The notes under the pieces: generated by a model | What the model saw: only the letters and a program-made list of their open reading frames with translations | Told to the model about the DNA's origin: nothing | The model's database searches: none | NCBI GenBank assembly: GCA_013115145.1 | Contig: JAAPAO010000007.1 | Coordinates: 62,001-126,000 of the forward strand | Length of the DNA: 64,000 nt | Source of the DNA: Perkinsus chesapeaki ATCC PRA-425 | Taxonomy: Eukaryota; Protista; Perkinsozoa | Reading direction: 5' to 3' | Program-made: the position numbers and the translations under genes | Shown: piece after piece, positions 55,015-64,000 of the stretch | Numbering within the stretch: the first letter of the stretch is position 1 | How the letters are laid out: every line of letters starts with the position of its first letter

Positions 55015-57873
55015 TTACATCAACCTAGAAAGGATAACTAATGATGGAGTATACAATAGTTGCCTTACAGTTATAGGGCTCCCAGCTCCAGTGCTTGATG
55101 CTGCTGCTGCTGCTGATGCCTGCTTGCCTGTTGTTGTCGTTGCTGACTGCTTACCACTATTAATCTCTATAACGCCATTAGAGGTAGAATGGGAGGAGGA
55201 GGAGCATGCTTCATCCTGGGGAAAAGGTACATGAACTGATGAGATGGACGGGCTTGATGGACTTGTAGAGGAGGCGGAGGAGGAGGATAGGCTAGCTATC
55301 AAGGACGCCAAGGTTGAAGGGTCTCCAACTACGGACAAAATGTAACCCAGCAAGCAGCTTCAACCTTACCTTCACTGCGATGACCAGGCATACTGTGGCT
55401 GGCATTGCCGGTAGCCACCACCGGGCGACGAGGGACATTCGGGGACCTATGACATGGTGAAGTGGGGAAGGGACAGGAGACGGGAAGGGTACTCTGAGAT
55501 GGATGAGGAGGATACTGCCGAGTTGAGAGGGTTCCACCAACTCTGAAAAGGCAAAGTCACGCTGCTGCCGGTGCTGGGACAAATAACAAGGGGGAACTTA
55601 CAGAGTTGCTGGGAGTGAAGGTGGCTGCAGTGGCGCTGAGATGGCTGCTACTACTGCTGGCCCCGGAGGTCCCAGTAGTACCAAGATCTGAGGAAGAAGC
55701 GGTACAACCACCTGCTACTGGAGGTTTTACCAAACTGGCCGGAAAAACCGCCGAAGGAGCCGAAGTCAACACTGTCGCTGCTATTGCTAGCATTGGTGCT
55801 GCCAGTGTGAGGGCCAGATCCCGCCACGGACACGTTGGTGCCTGCAAAGATACTCACCATGGCAGCACTGAAATGACTGATGTGATGAGAAGGAGAGGAA
55901 GAGATGGTTACAATCCACTGATTTGTTAAAGAAGAAGCACCCATGGGAAAAAACCTTAATAGATTTGCGAAATTCCAGTCTCCCAATAGCAAAGCGAAGA
56001 GAGGGTCCTTACGTACCTGTAGTAGGGGCGTTCCGAGGTGATGTGGCAAGGGGGCCAAAGGGGCTGGCAGCCTCAGCTCGACCAAAGCCATAGGAGCGCA
56101 TCAACTGCTCGGCAAGTTTGGCCAAGGAGTCACTGAAATTGAACACGCTCGGTTACCAGGTATGAAGGAGAATGCTTACTCGGGGGCAAGTGAAGTGGTA
56201 GCAGGAGGGTCAGCAGCAGCAGGGACGGCATCCCAGGACGAAGTGAACCCACCTCGTGAGTAATCAACCTGCGCAGCAGGTGAGGTGGTGAGGTGGCGGC
56301 AAGGACCACTGGACTCACGCTAGGGGTAAAAGAGGGAGCATCAACACTTAGGTTGCTAGCGGCACTGCTGCCTCGTTCGGCCAGGACGGAGCCTGTTGTG
56401 AAGTTGTCAAACGAGGACAGGGATGGCGCCAAATCTTCCGAGTGCGCCGATGACGACAATGGAAGGGCTTGTGAGAAGGCATTGGGCATGATGGACTCGA
56501 ACCCAGGAGGAGGGGTATTAACCTCAGACTCACTAAGCTCCTCTTGGGTGGGAACTAAGACACCACAAACAACGACTATGCGGCTGCGGCGGGAGAGGAA
56601 GAAGGCTGCCTCCTACAAAACTGTGTATTGCGTCCATCGTAGCCTCCGCCATGCCTTGAGGCCGCTGGGCCATTGGACGTCACTTGGGTCTGCTGCTGCT
56701 GGTGCTGCTGCTGTGTTGGTACACTGGATGGCATTCGGTTGCTACCACCCGCAACACCTGATGCCCGTCTAGTCTTGAGGAATGCTACTGAAGTCGTACT
56801 ACCCATCTTGGATGCCACAGAGGCCGCTGTTGCCGCGACCTGCGGATCGGTCGGAATACTGGCGCCATTTTGAAAACCGCAATAGACCATGTAGTTCTCC
56901 ATCAACTGCTCAGCGAGCTGGACGAACTGACTGTGCGAGCGAGACCTGCGGGAGCAAAGATATCTTTGCGCACTCGGAAGATTTTCACTTGATAGCGTTA
57001 TATATCTGCCCCTTGAGATTGTATTCTTCTAAAAATGCATCGGGAGCATGTCGCCTAATGATGCGAAGGAGGTCTCGCTTGCTTAGATTAGCATAATCCG
57101 GCCCAAACTCTGCCAGGACCTATCACATGCCAATGGCTGGTGAAGGACAAAAGCATACAGCCTACCATCTCTGTTGTCGAGTACTGTGTAGGAGGGTACT
57201 GCTCGGCCAGTGGAGGGACCTCCCCTCGAACTTGACCGCTCACAGCCCCTGCACTGTGGTAATGGTTGCGTAGAGATTGCCTAGTCGGCCTGGATGGCGC
57301 CGGAGCACCTTGAGTGTAGGCTAAGGCTGTTGGTGACAAAGATGCTGATGAGGTGGGGGTGCTGCGGCTTGGAGCAGCTGCCACAGGATATGTGGCTGAT
57401 GATGATGATGACGACGATAATAATAATAACTCTCCCAAAGCCGGTGAGGAGGCGGTTGATGCTAACTGAGGGGCAACCATCGGATCTGACAAGGACATAG
57501 AAGGCATCCTAAGCCCAAGCGTACCTTGCAGGCTTCGACCTCTGATATGTGGGGGCATCCCTCCCTTTACGGTCCCTCTGGGCGGCATGCCTCCAGTCCA
57601 CTGCGTCGGAGCTGCTGGATTAGCTGCTCTCATGCCTTCACTGGGCTGGTGGCCTTGCATGTGATTCGCACTTCCTTGATGATGCCGTGGTCCTGAGGGG
57701 TTGTTAGTCGTCCAACCATTTGCTGTTGTTGCTGTTGATTGGGCGGCAAAGACAGAGTTGGCCAGGCCCTCTGTGCCTCCTAGATAGGCCTGGAAGGGAT
57801 CGGAGGTGTTCCGATCGGCAGAAGAGGAAGAGGAGCCGATGCGAGGATTATGGGACGACGATGGCACCGCCAT
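55015..57873 (-). CDS. Hypothetical low-complexity (Ser/Ala/Pro/Gly/Gln-rich) multi-exon protein
   Basis: Long minus-strand ORF pieces (57088-57900, 56576-56905, 55015-55353) are joined by short GT-AG introns, e.g. TTEM|VLAEFGPDYANLSKRDLLRIIRRHAPDAFLEEYNLKGQIYNAIK|SRSHSQFVQLAEQLMENY. No family recognised; the boundaries are approximate. Confidence 0.55.
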
Positions 57874-58059
57874 AATGGGTAATAACAAAAGCCCTTCCAT
57901 ACCGCACTTCCCTCAAATCATGCCCCCCACAACCCCCTGTTATCCACTTCCGTCACAAGCCAACACCACAAATGGTAGTGGAAACGACAGTCATCATATC
58001 ATCAAAAGTAGCAGCCCTTATGGCCTGAGTCTGGGCTACTGGTAATATAACAGTGCTGC

Positions 58060-60039
<1,980 letters not shown>

Positions 60040-60378
60040 TTATTAAGTCAACTGAGAGGTTATTGCCAATATCCACTGTGTGACTTCTGACCATAGCGTT
60101 GGCATTCCAAAGGTCCCAGGTTCCAATCCCACCGGAGTCATTTTTCGGCAATTAATTCCCAACGCACCTTGAGACCGTGCCACTGGTCCATTCCTATAGC
60201 GGTGTTCTAACATCTATCCTAAGCACTCCAAACTCTGATATCTTCCTTCATATCGTTCACCATCACTTGCCGGTTTCTTTCCTATCTCCTCTAGCACGGC
60301 AGCTTGCCAATGGCTGTCTAGGGTCGGTCGCGAGAATGGTCATGGTAATGGTTGTTAGAGTTTCATATTACATCACTA

Positions 60379-63300
60379 ATGGGCCTCCTCCGTAGTGAGA
60401 CCATGAAGCACGGGACACTGGTCCTGCCCACGGACAGGGCCAGAGAGTTCGTGGACGTCATTGGCTACTCTGTACGGCGATCAAACCAGATTATTAATAC
60501 CACATTTCCTTCACTTCAGACTCGGATAGAGTTTGAGGACATGAACAGTGCTAGTATGAACCGGAACTATAGGAAATACGTTCAAAGGTAATAGTGAGCT
60601 GACTGGGAGGGGCAGGAGGAGGCTTTGGTAGGATTGAGGAGCTTGAGAGGATCATACGGTTCTTGGAGGCCGAGATAGAGACAGCAGCGCCACACACTAA
60701 GATTCGGAAAGGGCATATAAATACATTTCTAATGGAGACGGCCGATGTACTAAAGGGGATATCGGTAGAGCTAGAGGGAGGCTGTTCAGAGCTACAGGCT
60801 TGATACTGTGGAGGTCGATCTTAAGAGGATCTACAAGCGATTTGTTAAGTTCCAAGAGAACAACGCGTAAGCACGCAGGGCTGGACGGTCGGGCGGGAAT
60901 GGTGGCTGTGGTGGGCAGGGAGCTGGTCACGTCGAGGAACGCTGCGCTGGAGGAGAAATATGTGTGTTTTGCGGCCAGCAACTCGCAGGTGTATCTGAAT
61001 AGTACGGGTGGAGATGGTAATATTATCTATTTATTATTACCTATATAAAATTGTATATAGGCCTTACTGGGACTGGTGTGATGGCTGGCAGCAGTCCACA
61101 GGAGGTAGTAAGTATCATTGTTAAGCAAGGATAGTATTGTCGTATAGGCGTCCCTGATAGAGGAAGGGGAGGCGCTGACTGGAGGCTATGGTCGATCATC
61201 TCGGGCAACTGCTGGTGTCTCCTGTATTGCCGGTGTGCTCCTACAGGTGGGATGAGATGGGGTTGGGGTGGGAAGAGCTGGTATTATTTTAGTCGGACCA
61301 AGCACGATTCGCCAGAACGCTGTTTCGGGCAACTTTTGGCAATACGTAGGAGGAATCTTTGCGCACTGCGAAGAATTTGCAATTGCAGATTCACCGATTT
61401 CGTACAAATACCTGAGCCTCTACGAGACGCCAAGACCGGCGAGAACGAGTACTACAGCGTCTTCGTTGTCTATTTCCAGGTGAGGGAGTGGGGTATCTTG
61501 AGGTCGACTTCCGACCCTACGTGTTAGAACACCCTTTTGGTTGTCCTCTAGAACTTTCCCCGCCTTTCTGCTTGCGCAGAGGTGGAAAAAATAGTATCTT
61601 CTTCGCCGACATTCCTCCATCTCAGGGATACTCAGCCACTACTGGGAGCATGGCTCAGAAGATCAGGAGAATCTGTACCGCCTTTGGTGCTCGTATGTAC
61701 CCATGGCCACATAGCGAGGCTGAGGCCAACTCGAGGATGAGGGTAGCCATCTTTGCCACACCTCTTGTTACTGGTCCCTAGGTCCTAGATGAGCTGTTGA
61801 TCGATAAGCTGCAGGCATTAGATGCATACAGGAGGTTCATTGGGGTAGTGCGGAAAAGGGGACGGGAGAATGGTAATGTGTTAGTATTCAGGAGGAGGTA
61901 GATCAACTAGTGGAGCCTGTGAGACTCGGAGGGAACTCCCTAATTGAGGATTGGTCATTGTTCTTGGCTAAGGTAGTAGTAGGTCAGGGCCGTGGATCCT
62001 ATTATCGACCGGGCATGGTCCTGTCGGCATCCCCGATGGTCATTGGTCTTTATTTAGGAAAAGGGTATCTACACCTTACTGAACAAGTTCGAAGGCGACG
62101 TGACACTACGGTGTGATTGCTGGTATCCAGCGGAGGAGGAGGATGACATTAGGCACACGCTATTTCGGATGAGTTCAACTAACATGGTATGCTGGAAGTG
62201 GGGTATCTTGGGTCGACTGGAAAGATACTTTACAGGTCGGAGCGATGCTCCTTACTGACCATGATCGATTGTATTCTGCTGCTGCCGTGGATGAGGAGGA
62301 TGCCAGTGGGCACAGTAAAGGCCCACCGACGTATATGAAGACCAATGAGGTCACCCAAGTCGCCCAGGATCTGGTCGATACGTAAGTGGTCGCGGGTTCG
62401 ATCCCGGCATCCAGCATCAGATACGGTGTTCCTCGGTATAAGGAGGCTAACCCGGCCCTGTTCACAATAGTGACATTCCCCTTCCTCTTTGGTGTTATGT
62501 TTGGTGATGTCGGCCACGGTGCTATGCTATTCCTCCTAGGCATGTGGGCTATCATACAGGTAACCTCCTCCTTGCCGTGTACAGTACAGTTCTGTTGTAT
62601 GTGTCTTAGGGCCCTCAACTTGACCGCAGTTTTCCTATGCTACGCAAGCTCCGGTATATGGTCGTGGCCATGGGGTTCTTTGCCATATATGCTGGTAGCT
62701 TCCCCTGGTTCCTCCGCCCTATCTATCTCTTCTCAGGTCTGATGTATAACGATTTCTTCGCTGTTGGCCTTAATTTGTTTGGCAGCCGGTAGCGCCCTTA
62801 TCCCTGTTGCACAAGAACTGTCTCCTTTTTAGATGGGACTGCTCCGGCATCACATGCCGTCCTCTATATGATATAACGAACACGGGAAATCAGAAGGGTA
62901 AGGCAGCATCTCCTCCTGTGGTAGTGGCGGCCACGGGCGATGGTTCAGGATCCTACCCCTACACTGGTCCCTACCCCTTTGGGCTTGATCCAGTCTGGCA
63001 TGGCGCTACTAACGAGCTTGTATACGTTAATTCGATGAAGATGAAGACCTCAGTTCTGTTTGGTAATGCCGTCATAAGCTTTGACAAAGTGATGTTCCGT
63101 CAGGCGTTGTTCAAATGCTACTTGGCATCTTTCTTAAGTTCTCAAATGCTATATATGAGAGAAGCGCGCTTGACCTGTTTTGTGAGTGCATACCGCAGGT
63201 AGAGGATGATGTTAGCATTCCTGTATCACCCGGTTGTTTTTTTTAGTTGGTATTCCTCCTGAGCTTCTTCGGATATATGGATTGGATGATTCTGTACGCC

Positions 63301-64000
63301 CCTCCCCTCCCCCTCCTCCATCGGGTACCTGCTGTTGTTGTTAGGTATAAGTGGACCCACGACATCACATTCAATCCGGCACCAGGGCTCATTAACACTC
63401 TCATCGCTATGGGCCTCGGCCAAGGTGTTAAGCCTGGTCAAGTTCTCTATCCCAGTAGGAAGAGCCTCATTCGGGTATTGGTGATGGTATCTTTTGTCAG
63501 ACCAGGGATGGTGGCAGTCTTTGCTCATATTACTAGCTTTGGTTAGCGTCCCTATTATGCTCATACCAAAGCCATTAATCCTATGGTGGAGACATCGGGA
63601 AACAGAGTAAGATATAATATGTATTCAGGAGAATGATGCACTGTGTGTGCTGTTGTAGTGAGCAGTTTATGGAGCGTCAACGTGCCCATGCAGTGCGGCG
63701 TCGCGATGAGGCTGGAGTCGGGCTTATGGATGGTGGCGACTCTGTCGAGATGGTGAGTTGATGGGTTAGATGATGGTTATGTCTGCTTAGGTTGAGGGTG
63801 GATCGTCGTCCTCCTCCTCATCCTCCTCTACAGCGGCTTGGGATACCACTCGCCCACATACCTCCTCCGGCCCATCCAAGAAGAAGGTCACCGAGGATGA
63901 AGAACAAGAGTTCGATCTTGGTGATGTTGTTATACATCAAGTCATAGAAACAATAGAGGTATCATCAAATCCTTGCTGCTGTTGCTGCTGTTGCTGCTGC
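60379..64000 (+). CDS. VPH1: V-type H+-ATPase V0 subunit a (multi-exon, 3'-truncated by the window)
   Basis: [17 protein letters not shown]..., [59 protein letters not shown] and [12 protein letters not shown], separated by many short GT-AG introns. Confidence 0.95.

Noticed and set aside
63973-64000. (GCTGCTGTT)-type microsatellite at the window end
   Set aside because: It is a short simple repeat just after a GT donor in the V-ATPase a gene, probably intronic and ordinary.

Overview
Eukaryotic (alveolate, most likely Perkinsus-like) genomic DNA with many short GT-AG introns of 41-54 nt; the taxon is an inference. About 63% of the window (<1-40162, minus strand) is one giant gene that the ORF track does not report because its frame has no stop codon before the window edge. 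I reconstruct 14 short 5' exons encoding a signal peptide and head (456 aa), followed by one exon of at least 38,141 nt (at least 12,713 codons). The product is at least 13,169 aa and is built almost entirely from a diverged 12/24-aa repeat (about GSSLSVLDFVxL / GSSLSLRSFARL), probably a secreted beta-solenoid fibre. The many + strand ORFs in 1-38 kb are antisense shadows of it. The rest is compact housekeeping sequence: two small hypothetical genes, a pyruvate:NADP+ oxidoreductase (PFO-CPR fusion) with a mitochondrial-type presequence, a Ubc6/UBE2J-type E2 with an unusual Cys4 linker, Pus10, a low-complexity hypothetical gene, MetAP2 and a partial V-ATPase subunit a. No RNA genes, CRISPR arrays or mobile elements were recognised.
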